Assembly (NCBI GenBank): GCA_902825985.1
Contig: CADEDC010000019.1
Span: forward strand, 14,137-78,136
Direction: 5' to 3'
From: an uncultured Acidobacteriota bacterium
GTDB lineage: Bacteria; Acidobacteriota; Vicinamibacteria; Vicinamibacterales; CAVVIG01
Length of the DNA: 64,000 nucleotides
In this document: piece after piece, positions 25,807 to 35,131 of the stretch
Position numbering within the stretch: the first letter of the stretch is position 1
How the letters are laid out: every line of letters starts with the position of its first letter
Notes under the pieces: model-generated
Seen by the model: only the letters and a program-made list of their open reading frames with translations
Told to the model about the DNA's origin: nothing
Databases searched by the model: none
Translations under genes and position numbers: made by a program

Positions 25807-27837
25807 ATGACCGACTATCGTCCGGACCTCGACGGCCTGCGCGCCATCGCGGTCGCGTCAGTCTTGCTGTATCACGCGGCTGAACCGCTGGTGCCCGGCG
25901 GGTTCGTCGGTGTCGACATCTTCTTCGTGATTTCCGGCTATCTGATCACGAAGCTGATCGCCACGGACGTCGAACGCCGGCAGTTCTCGTTGGCGTCCTT
26001 CTACGTCCGGCGCACCAAGCGGATCCTACCGGCGCTCTTCCTCGTCCTGTTCACCACGCTGGCCCTGTCGCTGTGGTTGTTGACGCCGAGCGAGCTGGCG
26101 CAGTACGGCCGGACCATGGCGGCGACGGCAGGATTCTCGTCCAACATCCTGTTCTGGCAGGATACCGGGTACTTCGACACCGCGGCCGAGCGCAAACCGC
26201 TGCTCCACATGTGGTCGCTCGCCGTGGAAGAGCAGTTCTATCTGCTCTGGCCGGTCGCGCTGCTCGTCCTCGCGCGGACCCGCTGGAGGAACGCCCTCGT
26301 CGTCATCGCCATGACCGTGTCGTTCGTCACGGCGTGTTACGTGGTGATGCACCACCAGCCGACCGCGTTCTTCCTCCTGCCGACCCGTGCGTGGGAACTG
26401 TTGACCGGCGCCCTGCTCGCCCTCGGCTTGGTGCCGCAGCAGAAGGACGGGCGCTACCGCACCTGGTGCGCCACAGCCGGCCTGGGCCTCATCCTCGTCG
26501 CCGTGCTCGGACTGAATCGCGACGTGCCCTTTCCGGGGGTGACCGCCCTCGTGCCGTGTCTCGGCGCGGTCCTGCTGATCGCCAGCGGTGAAGGGGCGGG
26601 CAATCCGGTGTCCCGTCGCCTGCTGGGTGCTCCGCCGTTGGTGTTCATCGGCCTCATCTCATACTCGCTCTACCTGTGGCACTGGCCGCTGCTGACGCTC
26701 GCGCGTGTGACTCAGCACGGAACACTGCCGCCGGTGCCGACCGGCGCCGTGATGCTGCTGTCGGTGGTGCTGGCCTACCTGACCTGGCGGTTCGTCGAAG
26801 GACCGCTGAGGGCGAAGGCGGTAACGCCTCCGGCGATGCCGGTTCTGGCCCGCTACGCCGTCCTGATCGTGGCGACCGCCGCGGTCGGTGTATCCCTGCA
26901 TCGCTCCGCCGGCTTGATGGCCTGGGCCAGCGACGACGTCAAGTTCGTCGAGCAGGCACGGCACGATATCAATCCGAAGTCGAGGCCGTGCCTGCGATGG
27001 CAGTCGGAAACCGGCCCGCTGCCGCAGGAGCCATGTCTGTCGGATGGCGACGTGTTCCCGGACCGGCTGGTGATCTGGGGCGACTCGCACGCGGATGCCG
27101 TCGCCCCGGGGCTGGTGCTGAACGCACGCGAGCACCACCTGGCCAGCCACCAGCTGACGATGGCCGGTTGTCCGCCGCTGATCGGCGTCGACGTGGCGGG
27201 AGACGACGGCGACTACGCGCCCTGTTCGGCGTTCAATGCCCAGGTCTTCGACTACATCCGCGCCCACCCGGCGGTGCATGTCGTCGCGCTGGTCGCCCGC
27301 TGGCCGCTCTACACCGAGAACCGCCGCTTCGGCCGCGACGATCCCGGCCCGATCAACTTCCTCACCGACGCGCAGGATCGCGCGCACGACAACGCGGCGT
27401 CGCGCCGGGTGTTCCTGCGCGCCATCGACAGGACAGTCAGCAGCCTGCGGTCGGCCGGCAAGCGGGTCATCATCATCGGGTCGATTCCGCCGCATGGCGT
27501 CAATGTGCCGGACTGTCTGGCACGGAACTACATGCCATTGTCCGAGGATCACCCCTGCCGCGCCATCGCGACGGAAGTGCTGCCGCACCTGGAGTGGACC
27601 GACTCCCGGATCGCCGAGCGATTCAGCGGTGCCGATGACGTGTGCACGGCCATGCCGAAAGAGGTGCTGTGTCGTGAACACGGATGCCTCGCGGTCGCCG
27701 AAGGCGAGGTGCTGTATGCCAACGACGATCATGTGAGCCTGCCCGGTGCCCTGTTCCTCGGGCGGTGGCTGAACGTGGACGCCTGTCTGCGCCCGCCGGC
27801 CCGCTGGTCCTTACGGTCGGACGAGACCCCTCCGTAG
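25807..27837 (+). CDS. Acyltransferase family 3 (AT3) membrane domain fused to SGNH domain (OafA/YrhL-like O-acyltransferase)
   Basis: 'YRPDLDGLRAIAVASVLLYHA...VDIFFVISGYLIT', about 10 TM helices, then 'LVIWGDSHADAV'. 676 aa. Confidence 0.85.
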   Translation: MTDYRPDLDGLRAIAVASVLLYHAAEPLVPGGFVGVDIFFVISGYLITKLIATDVERRQFSLASFYVRRTKRILPALFLVLFTTLALSLWLLTPSELAQYGRTMAATAGFSSNILFWQDTGYFDTAAERKPLLHMWSLAVEEQFYLLWPVALLVLARTRWRNALVVIAMTVSFVTACYVVMHHQPTAFFLLPTRAWELLTGALLALGLVPQQKDGRYRTWCATAGLGLILVAVLGLNRDVPFPGVTALVPCLGAVLLIASGEGAGNPVSRRLLGAPPLVFIGLISYSLYLWHWPLLTLARVTQHGTLPPVPTGAVMLLSVVLAYLTWRFVEGPLRAKAVTPPAMPVLARYAVLIVATAAVGVSLHRSAGLMAWASDDVKFVEQARHDINPKSRPCLRWQSETGPLPQEPCLSDGDVFPDRLVIWGDSHADAVAPGLVLNAREHHLASHQLTMAGCPPLIGVDVAGDDGDYAPCSAFNAQVFDYIRAHPAVHVVALVARWPLYTENRRFGRDDPGPINFLTDAQDRAHDNAASRRVFLRAIDRTVSSLRSAGKRVIIIGSIPPHGVNVPDCLARNYMPLSEDHPCRAIATEVLPHLEWTDSRIAERFSGADDVCTAMPKEVLCREHGCLAVAEGEVLYANDDHVSLPGALFLGRWLNVDACLRPPARWSLRSDETPP

Positions 27838-28818
27838 CGACCGGTCAGGCCACAGCGACGTGATGTGCTCGCCGACGGCGTCGGCGACGGCCCGATGCCC
27901 GCGCGCGTTCCAGTGCAGGCCGTCAGCGAACAGCGGCTCTTCTCCCGCCGCTCGTGCCCGGGTGAAGTGCGGTGTCACGTTCAGCGCGCTGACCTCCGCC
28001 AGGTTCCCGAGTGCCGCGTCGAGTTCGGGCACTGCGTGTACGACCAGCAGCGTCGCGCCGGCCTCCGCCGCCAAACGGCCGGCCGCGCGCACCAGCTCCC
28101 TGAATAAACCGGTCACATTGTCCCCGTCGCCGCTGTCGTGCATCTCGGCTGTCCCGGCCGCCGCGTCCGGCTGGAGACGGCCGTGCAGCCAGGCACAGGC
28201 ATAGCAGGACGCCAGCAACAGCTCTTCCACGGACGGTCGAGTGGGCCGGGTGTGGAGCCGGAGCGCCCCGGTACTGCTGAGGCTGAACCGCGGCTTCGTC
28301 CGTCCACCGATCCGGCGTCGGCGGATGTCGGCGAGGTCATTCGGCGTGACCTGCAACAGGACAACGTCGGGGGAGTGGGTCAGGCCGTCGCGCCGCAGGC
28401 GGAGGAATTCCTGATCCGTCCCGTAGCCGCTGACCGACAGATTCACGACCTCGACGTGGGGGTCGGCGGCGGCCAGCAGCGCCGAGAAATGGCGATCGTC
28501 GGCAACGCCCCAGCCGAAGCCGTTGGAGTCGCCGACGACGACCAGCCGCCGCACGCCGGCTGCCGCCACGGTCGGATAGTCCGGGCTTCGGTAGCCGGCG
28601 CGGTTCAAGTGATAGGTCACGTCGAAGCCGAGTGCCGCGACCCGATGGCGGCCGACGGCGCCGGGGCTGAACGACCAGCCGAGCAGGTCGTCGTGTCGGA
28701 TGAGACAGGCGGGGTGGCATCTGCCGCTCAGGCGTGTGATGGCACGCACGCCGCCCTCGACAGCCGTCAGCGCCGCGCCGACCAGGAGCAGAAGAGCGAT
28801 CCAGCGTGCAGTCCGCAT
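27811..28818 (-). CDS. Secreted/anchored SGNH (GDSL) hydrolase-like protein
   Basis: Signal/anchor 'MRTARWIALLLLVGAALTA'. 'LVVVGDSNGFGWGV' (block I) and 'DGLHWNARGH' (block V). The 3' end overlaps the AT3 3' end by 27 nt (convergent). The track start 28941 is probably an over-extension. Confidence 0.6.
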   Translation of the reverse strand: MRTARWIALLLLVGAALTAVEGGVRAITRLSGRCHPACLIRHDDLLGWSFSPGAVGRHRVAALGFDVTYHLNRAGYRSPDYPTVAAAGVRRLVVVGDSNGFGWGVADDRHFSALLAAADPHVEVVNLSVSGYGTDQEFLRLRRDGLTHSPDVVLLQVTPNDLADIRRRRIGGRTKPRFSLSSTGALRLHTRPTRPSVEELLLASCYACAWLHGRLQPDAAAGTAEMHDSGDGDNVTGLFRELVRAAGRLAAEAGATLLVVHAVPELDAALGNLAEVSALNVTPHFTRARAAGEEPLFADGLHWNARGHRAVADAVGEHITSLWPDRSLRRGLVRP

Positions 28819-29092
28819 CGTCGAGCGACAGCATAGCGCGCGGGGTCGTCCGCCACGTCGCGGAACCCGTGCACCAGCGGGCAAAGACGCGGACGCGCCT
28901 CTGCCACGAGGCTGCGACCGGGGCCCAGCTCTGGTGTACACTCGTTTGAGTCAGGTCACTCATTCAGGCCACCGACAGCGGTCCGGTCGAGCCCTTCATC
29001 CGTGTTCATACCCAGACGAAGCAATCGCCGAGGTCCCGGGTCCGGCCGCGACCGGTGGTCGCCCGAGCCAGTGATCCTGACGAGGACGTGAG

Positions 29093-30217
29093 ATGCGAAT
29101 ACTGATCACGGGCGGCGCCGGTTTCATCGGATCGCATACGGCCGACGCGTTGCTCGCGCGCGGCCACGAGGTGCGGATTCTCGACAACCTGCAGCTGCCG
29201 GTGCACCTGAAAGGCAAACCCTCGTATCTTCCGCCGGCGGCGGAGTTCATCTACGGCGACGTCCGCGATGCGCGGACGCTGGAGTACGCGCTGCACGGCG
29301 TCGACGCGGTGTATCATCTCGCGGCCTACCAGGACTACCTGCCCGACTTCAGCACCTACTTCGAGGTCAACAGCGTCAGCACGGCCCGCCTCTACGAGAT
29401 CATCGTGCAGCGCAAGCTGCCGGTGCAGCGGGTCATCGTCGCTTCGTCACAGGCGGTGCTCGGCGAGGGGCTCTACGAGTGTCCGACGCACGGCCGGACG
29501 ATCCCCGACATCCGCATCCAATCCCAGCTCGAACGCGGCGAGTGGGAGCACCGGTGCGCCGCCTGCGGGACCACGCTGACGCCACTGCCGACTCCCGAGA
29601 CCGCGATCAATCCGCAGAACCAGTACGCGCTCAGCAAGCACTCCGAGGAATCGATTGCCGTCCATCTGGGCCGGCGCTACGGAATCCCCTCGGTGGCGAT
29701 GCGCTACTCAATCGTGCAGGGGCCGCGGCAGTCGTTCTACAACGCCTACTCGGGCGCCATGCGCATCTTCGCGTTGCACCTCTACTTCAAGCGTCCGCCG
29801 ATGATCTACGAGGACGGCAGGCAGCTGCGCGACTACGTGAACATCCAGGACGTGGTGGCGGCGAACCTGCTGGTGCTCGAGGATCCGCGGGCCGCCTTCC
29901 AGGTCTTCAATGTCGGCGGCGGCCGCGCCCTCACGGTCCGGGAGTTCTACGACGCGCTCCAGGACGAGACCGGCCGTGACATCGTCCCGATTCTGGGCGG
30001 GAACTACCGTTACGGCGACACGCGACACATCATGTCGGACGTGAGCAAGCTCACCGGCCTCGGCTGGGCTCCCCGCTACACCGTGCGCGACAGCATCCGG
30101 GCCTACTGGGACTACCTGAACCAGCAGCAGGACGTCGACGACATCCTCGAACACGCCCAGCGCACGATGCGCAATCTCGACGTCGTCCGTACCGTCGGCG
30201 GGGAGACGCGCGAGTGA
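29093..30217 (+). CDS. NAD-dependent sugar-nucleotide epimerase/dehydratase (extended SDR) with a Cys/His insertion
   Basis: 'MRILITGGAGFIGSH' and 'YALSKHSEE' (YxxxK). Insertion 'CPTHGRT...HRCAACGT' at nt 29480-29566. Confidence 0.85.
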   Translation: MRILITGGAGFIGSHTADALLARGHEVRILDNLQLPVHLKGKPSYLPPAAEFIYGDVRDARTLEYALHGVDAVYHLAAYQDYLPDFSTYFEVNSVSTARLYEIIVQRKLPVQRVIVASSQAVLGEGLYECPTHGRTIPDIRIQSQLERGEWEHRCAACGTTLTPLPTPETAINPQNQYALSKHSEESIAVHLGRRYGIPSVAMRYSIVQGPRQSFYNAYSGAMRIFALHLYFKRPPMIYEDGRQLRDYVNIQDVVAANLLVLEDPRAAFQVFNVGGGRALTVREFYDALQDETGRDIVPILGGNYRYGDTRHIMSDVSKLTGLGWAPRYTVRDSIRAYWDYLNQQQDVDDILEHAQRTMRNLDVVRTVGGETRE

Positions 30218-30948
30218 AGGCGTTCCTGCTGGCAGCGGGGCTCGGCACCCGGCTCCGGCCGTTGACCGACGTCACGCCGAAGTGCCTGGTGCCGGTGGCC
30301 GGCCGTCCGATGCTGGCCTACTGGATGGCCCTGCTGGCGCGCCACGGCTTCACCGACGTCCTGGTCAACGTGCACCACCTGGCCGGCCAGGTGCGCGATT
30401 TCGTCGCCCAGGTCGAGGGTCCGGTCCGCGTAACGTTGTTCGAGGAGCCGACACTTCTCGGAAGTGCAGGCACCGTCCGCGCCAACCGTGGGTGGGTGGC
30501 CGACGGCCAACCGTTTCTCGTGGCATACGCCGATAACCTCACCAATGTGGACCTCGGTGCGCTGATGGTCCAGCACGAGCGGCATCGCCCGCTGCTGACC
30601 ATGGGGCTGTTCCATGCCGACGAACCGCAGCGCTGCGGGATTGCCGAGCTCGACGATGACGGACGGATTCTCGGCTTCGAGGAGAAGCCGGCCAGGCCGC
30701 GGTCGAACCTGGCCAATGCCGGCTTCTACGTCAGCGACCGGCGCCTGATCGACCGGATTCCCGATCGCGTGCCGGCCGACTTCGGCCTCGACGTGTTGCC
30801 GCACCTCGTCGGCGAGATGCGCGGCGTGATCGTGGACGGCGACATTATCGATGTCGGGACGCCCGAGAGTTACGAACGCGCGCAGCGCGAGGTGGCCAGG
30901 CTGGGCCTCCAGGACATGGTGGCCGGCCGGCAAGGAGACCGTCGGTGA
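30214..30948 (+). CDS. hddC: Sugar-1-phosphate nucleotidyltransferase (D-glycero-alpha-D-manno-heptose-1-P guanylyltransferase, HddC-like)
   Basis: 'KAFLLAAGLGTRLRPLTDVTPKCLVPV' nucleotidyltransferase signature. 244 aa. GTG in a GTGA overlap. Neighbours are HddA-like and GmhA-GmhB. Confidence 0.75.
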   Translation: MKAFLLAAGLGTRLRPLTDVTPKCLVPVAGRPMLAYWMALLARHGFTDVLVNVHHLAGQVRDFVAQVEGPVRVTLFEEPTLLGSAGTVRANRGWVADGQPFLVAYADNLTNVDLGALMVQHERHRPLLTMGLFHADEPQRCGIAELDDDGRILGFEEKPARPRSNLANAGFYVSDRRLIDRIPDRVPADFGLDVLPHLVGEMRGVIVDGDIIDVGTPESYERAQREVARLGLQDMVAGRQGDRR

Positions 30949-31934
30949 TAATCACGCAAACGCCGCTGCGGGTGAGCCTGGCCGGGGGCGGCACGGACCT
31001 GCGGGAGTTCTACGACGTCGAGGACGGCCGCACCATCAGCCTCGCCATCGACAAGTACGTCTTCGTCATCGTCAGCGAGCGCTTCGACTCGCGCGTCTAC
31101 GTCAACTACACCAAGAAGGAGATCGTCGACCGCGTCGACGACATCCAGCACGAACTGGTGCGGGAAGCGATGAAGGTGACCGGCGTCTCCCAGGGCGTCG
31201 AGGTGACGATGCTCGCGGATATCCCGTCGGAGGGATCCGGCCTGGGCTCGTCGAGCAGTCTGACCGTCGGCCTGCTCAACGCCTTCCACATGTGCCAGGG
31301 GCGGCAGGTGACGGCCGAGCAGCTCGCGCAGGAAGCCTGCCGCATCGAGATCGACATCTGCGGCAAGCCGATCGGCAAGCAGGACCAGTACATCGCCGCC
31401 TACGGCGGCGTGCACGAGTTCACCTACCGCGCCGACGACACCGTCGGGTCGCGGCGCATCGCGATGACATCGGCGGACATGCGGCGCCTCGGCGACGAGC
31501 TGATGCTGTTCTTCACCGACATCACGCGCAGCTCGTCCGCCATCCTCACCAGCCAGAAATCGAACACGGTCACCAACATCGAGTACCTGCGCCAGATCAA
31601 GAACTGCGTGCCGCAGGTCATCAACGCCGTCGAATCCGGCCGCATGGACCTCATCGGCGACGTGCTGCACCACAGCTGGATGCTGAAGAAGAAGCTGGCC
31701 AGCAACATCAGCAACCAGAAGATCGACGAGATGTACGAGATGGCGCTCAGCGCCGGCGCCACCGGCGGCAAGATCGCCGGGGCGGGCGGCGGCGGCTTCC
31801 TGCTCCTCTACGTGCCTCGCCAGCGCCAGGACGCGGTGCGCAATGCGCTCCGCGGGTTCCGCGAGTTCCCGTGGCTGCTGGAGCAGGACGGCAGCAAGAC
31901 CATCTTCAACCTGAGACGCTATTCCGTGCGGTGA
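30945..31934 (+). CDS. hddA: GHMP-family sugar kinase (D-glycero-alpha-D-manno-heptose-7-P kinase, HddA-like)
   Basis: 'IITQTPLRVSLAGGGTDL' and GHMP motif 'PSEGSGLGSSSSLTVGLL'. GTGA overlap. Confidence 0.8.
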   Translation: MIITQTPLRVSLAGGGTDLREFYDVEDGRTISLAIDKYVFVIVSERFDSRVYVNYTKKEIVDRVDDIQHELVREAMKVTGVSQGVEVTMLADIPSEGSGLGSSSSLTVGLLNAFHMCQGRQVTAEQLAQEACRIEIDICGKPIGKQDQYIAAYGGVHEFTYRADDTVGSRRIAMTSADMRRLGDELMLFFTDITRSSSAILTSQKSNTVTNIEYLRQIKNCVPQVINAVESGRMDLIGDVLHHSWMLKKKLASNISNQKIDEMYEMALSAGATGGKIAGAGGGGFLLLYVPRQRQDAVRNALRGFREFPWLLEQDGSKTIFNLRRYSVR

Positions 31935-31939
31935 GAGCC

Positions 31940-33031
31940 ATGCTGGATTTCTATCTGCGCAGCTACATCGAAGACCTCCGCTGGACCCTCGGCGAGTTCG
32001 ACGCCGGCGTCCTCCAGCGCATCATCACGGCGCTCGAGCGGGCGCGCTCGGACGGCCGCCAGGTGCTGCTCATCGGCAACGGCGGCAGCGCCGCCACGGC
32101 GTCGCACATGGCGTGCGACATGGGGAAGGGCACCGCCGACCTGAAGGACCCGGCGTTCGCGCGCCTGCGGGTGGTCAGCCTCGCCGACAACAACGCGCTG
32201 ATGACCGCCATCGGCAACGACATCTCGTTCGACGACGTGTTCGTCGAGCAGCTGAAAATCGTCATGCGCGACGGCGACGTGGTCATCGCGATCTCGGCGT
32301 CGGGCAACTCGCCGAACCTGGTCAAGGGGGTGGAGTACGCGAAATCACGCGGCGCCGAGACGATCGGGCTGCTCGGCTTCGGCGGCGGCCGCCTCGCGCG
32401 CATGGTCGACCATCCGCTCGTCGTGTCGAGCCGCAACTATGGCATCTCGGAAGACATCCACCTCGTGGTCATGCACATCTTCACGCAGTACCTGCGGCGC
32501 GTCTTCGCCGGGCCGGCCCGGCCGGTGGCGTTCGTGGACCGCGATGGCGTGATCAACCGGCGGCCGGCGCCGCACACCTACGTGCAGGGCTGGGAGCAAT
32601 TCACCTTTCTCGACCACGCCCGCCCGCTGCTGCGCGGGCTGCGGGCCGGCGGCTACGACATCGTCGTCATCACGAACCAGCAGGGCGTCGGCAAGGGGCT
32701 CCTGTCGCTGGCGACGCTGGCCGGCATCCACTCCGAGATGACGCGGAGCCTGGCGGCCGACGGTATTCCGATCGCCGGCGTCTTCGCCTGCCCGCACCTC
32801 GAGCAGGACGGCTGCTTCTGCCGCAAGCCGAGGCCCGGCCTCATCCACCGGGCGGTGAACGAATTGAACTTCATGATCGACCTGCCGCGGTCGGTTCTCA
32901 TCGGTGACTCCGACAGCGACATCGAGGCCGGAAAAGCAGTCGGGCTCAGGACGCTGCGCATCCAGGATCCGGACGCGGCGCCGACCGGCGGGGCGCTCGA
33001 CGTGGCGCAGATCCTCGCCGCGCTCGCGTAG
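31940..33031 (+). CDS. gmhA/gmhB: Fusion: SIS-domain phosphoheptose isomerase (GmhA) + HAD D,D-heptose-1,7-bisphosphate phosphatase (GmhB)
   Basis: SIS: 'LIGNGGSAATASHMACD', 'ISASGNSPN'. GmhB: 'AFVDRDGVIN', 'CPHLEQDGCFCRKPRPGL', 'IGDSDSDIEAG'. The track ORF from 30851 is an over-extension. Confidence 0.8.
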   Translation: MLDFYLRSYIEDLRWTLGEFDAGVLQRIITALERARSDGRQVLLIGNGGSAATASHMACDMGKGTADLKDPAFARLRVVSLADNNALMTAIGNDISFDDVFVEQLKIVMRDGDVVIAISASGNSPNLVKGVEYAKSRGAETIGLLGFGGGRLARMVDHPLVVSSRNYGISEDIHLVVMHIFTQYLRRVFAGPARPVAFVDRDGVINRRPAPHTYVQGWEQFTFLDHARPLLRGLRAGGYDIVVITNQQGVGKGLLSLATLAGIHSEMTRSLAADGIPIAGVFACPHLEQDGCFCRKPRPGLIHRAVNELNFMIDLPRSVLIGDSDSDIEAGKAVGLRTLRIQDPDAAPTGGALDVAQILAALA

Positions 33032-33035
33032 GCGG

Positions 33036-34031
33036 ATGCTGTCCAGGCTCGCCGTGCTGATCGTGCAGACCGGGGTCATCGGTCTGATCACGATGGGACT
33101 GCTCGAACTGCTCGTCGTCGGGTCGTTGATGGCCCCGCAGCTGTCGCTGCTGCCGCGGCCGCTGCTGCAGTATCTCTACATCAACGTCGATCGCCGCACC
33201 ATCCAGGTGATGCCGGAGTGCGCCCGCTACGATTCCGGCGTCACCTACACGTTGCGCCCGGGGCGCTGCACCTTCGCCAACCGCGAGTTCAGCACCGGCT
33301 ACGACATCAACACCATGGGGCTTCGCGACGACGAAGCGTCGCTGCACGAACCGGACACCGTGGTGCTCGGCGACTCGCTCGCGATGGGATGGGGCGTCGA
33401 GGCCGACGAGGCGTTTCCGAGCCGCTTCGAGCGGTCCACCGGATCGCGGACGCTCAACGCCGGCGTGTCATCCTACGGCACCGTCCGCGAACTGCGGATG
33501 TTCGCCCGTGTCGACCGGTCGCGTGTCACCCGGGTGGTCATCGCCTACATGGACAACGACTTCGTCGAGAACGAGCAGTTCGCGTCGACCGGCGCCCTGC
33601 GCATCCTGTCCGAGTCGGACTACCAGCGGACGGTCCGGGACCAGGCGGCGGCGCAACGCTACTTTCCCGGCAAGTACGCGCTGAACCTGCTGGCCCAGCT
33701 GCGCGCCATCGTGCGGCCGCGCGGCGCCGCGGCGGCGCCGCCGAGCGGCGAACGACAGGCCGACGTGTTCCTGAAGGTTCTGGACGGCGCGCCGGTGCCG
33801 CTCGACGGCTATCGCATCGCCGTCACGTCGTTCGATGCCGGCTTCATCGCGGCCTTGCGGGCGCAGGCGCCGAAGGCCGCGACGCCGGCCGCCCGGGCGC
33901 TGCAGGTGGTCGACCTGTCGGCGGTGCCGCACCGCGACGGCGCCTTCTACGTGCTGGACGACCACCCGACCGCCGCCGGACACGACGCCATTGCGGCGGC
34001 GCTCGTGCAGTGGGCGAGGACGGGAGGCTAG
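33036..34031 (+). CDS. Membrane-anchored SGNH/GDSL hydrolase-like protein
   Basis: TM 'LAVLIVQTGVIGLITMGLLELLVV'. 'TVVLGDSLAMGWGV' (block I), 'NAGVSSYGT', 'YMDNDF', 'LDDHPTAAGH' (block V). Confidence 0.55.
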   Translation: MLSRLAVLIVQTGVIGLITMGLLELLVVGSLMAPQLSLLPRPLLQYLYINVDRRTIQVMPECARYDSGVTYTLRPGRCTFANREFSTGYDINTMGLRDDEASLHEPDTVVLGDSLAMGWGVEADEAFPSRFERSTGSRTLNAGVSSYGTVRELRMFARVDRSRVTRVVIAYMDNDFVENEQFASTGALRILSESDYQRTVRDQAAAQRYFPGKYALNLLAQLRAIVRPRGAAAAPPSGERQADVFLKVLDGAPVPLDGYRIAVTSFDAGFIAALRAQAPKAATPAARALQVVDLSAVPHRDGAFYVLDDHPTAAGHDAIAAALVQWARTGG

Positions 34032-34033
34032 CG

Positions 34034-35059
34034 ATGGCGGTGAAGTTCTCGGTCGTCGTGCCGGCCTATAACGCTGCCGGAACCGTCGCGACCACGCTGC
34101 AGTCGCTGTTGTCCCAGACCGTTCCGCCCTTCGAGATCGTCGTCGTCGACGACGGGTCGAAGGACCGCACGCGGGAGGCGCTTCAGCCGTTCGCGGATCG
34201 GGTCACGCTGATCTTCCAGGAGAACAGCGGCGTCTCGGCGACGCGCAACCGCGCCGTGGCCGAGACGACCGGCGACTGGATCGTGTTCTGCGACGCCGAT
34301 GACGTGTGGCATCCGGACAAACTGCGCATCGTCAGCGCCGTGATCGAGGCGTCGCCCGGCAACGATCTCGTCTTCCATGACTTCTGGACGGTCGTCGACG
34401 ACCGGATGGTCGAGCCGCAGGCCACCCATTCGCCGAATACGACGTTTCCCATCTTTCGCGAGGAGCAGGTCACGCTGCGGGACATCCTGCCCGAGCACCG
34501 CGTGGTCGAGACCGGCGCGCGCGAGTTTCCAGCGGTCCAGACCTACGCCGGCCACGCCTTCCGCTGGATGATGCTCGGCAGCTTCCTGATGCCGTCGACC
34601 GTCGCGATCCGCCGCAGCACCTTCGTCAGCGTCGGCGGCTTCGATCCGCAGTTCCGCTATGCGGAAGACACCGAGTTCTTCCTGCGGCTGTCGAAGGCCA
34701 CTTCCTACCTCTGGATCGACTGCTCGTTGACCGGCTATCGCCAGGCGGCCGGCTCGCTGCTCACCGGCAACATGTATCCGACGTTGCGCAACGCCGTCCG
34801 CGCCGTCGTGAAGCACTGCCTCGACGACCCGAAGGTGATGGCGGCGGACCCGCAGTGGGTGAGCCGCGCCGTCGCCAGGCGGTTCTCGCGGTTCGCCTAC
34901 TATTGCCTCAGCGAGCTGCGAATGGCCGACGCCCGCGAGTACGCCTGGGCGGCGCTGCGCCTCAACTGGCGGGACCGTCGGGCCTGGCTGGTCGCACTGG
35001 CCGCACTGCTCCCGGCGCCGGCGTTGCGCGCCGTCCGCGCCCTGAAGGGCCGCCGCTGA
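34034..35059 (+). CDS. Glycosyltransferase family 2
   Basis: 'FSVVVPAYNAAGTVATTLQSLLSQT...EIVVVDDGSKDRT...FCDADDVW'. Confidence 0.85.
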   Translation: MAVKFSVVVPAYNAAGTVATTLQSLLSQTVPPFEIVVVDDGSKDRTREALQPFADRVTLIFQENSGVSATRNRAVAETTGDWIVFCDADDVWHPDKLRIVSAVIEASPGNDLVFHDFWTVVDDRMVEPQATHSPNTTFPIFREEQVTLRDILPEHRVVETGAREFPAVQTYAGHAFRWMMLGSFLMPSTVAIRRSTFVSVGGFDPQFRYAEDTEFFLRLSKATSYLWIDCSLTGYRQAAGSLLTGNMYPTLRNAVRAVVKHCLDDPKVMAADPQWVSRAVARRFSRFAYYCLSELRMADAREYAWAALRLNWRDRRAWLVALAALLPAPALRAVRALKGRR

Positions 35060-35131
35060 CGCCGCGGCGCCTCAGGCAGCTGGCATAGCGCGGCGAACAC
35101 CGGGCGACCGCCGGCGGGAGCCGCCTGCCGA

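Noticed and set aside
28819-29092. Sigma54 element or AGTC/GACT palindrome in the divergent SGNH/epimerase intergenic region ('TGAGTCAGGTCACTCA', 'GTGTACAC', 'GGTGGTCGCCCGAGCC').
   Set aside because: The GG...GC spacing is 9, not 10. The right arm of the putative palindrome is absent at N12. Only short generic palindromes remain.
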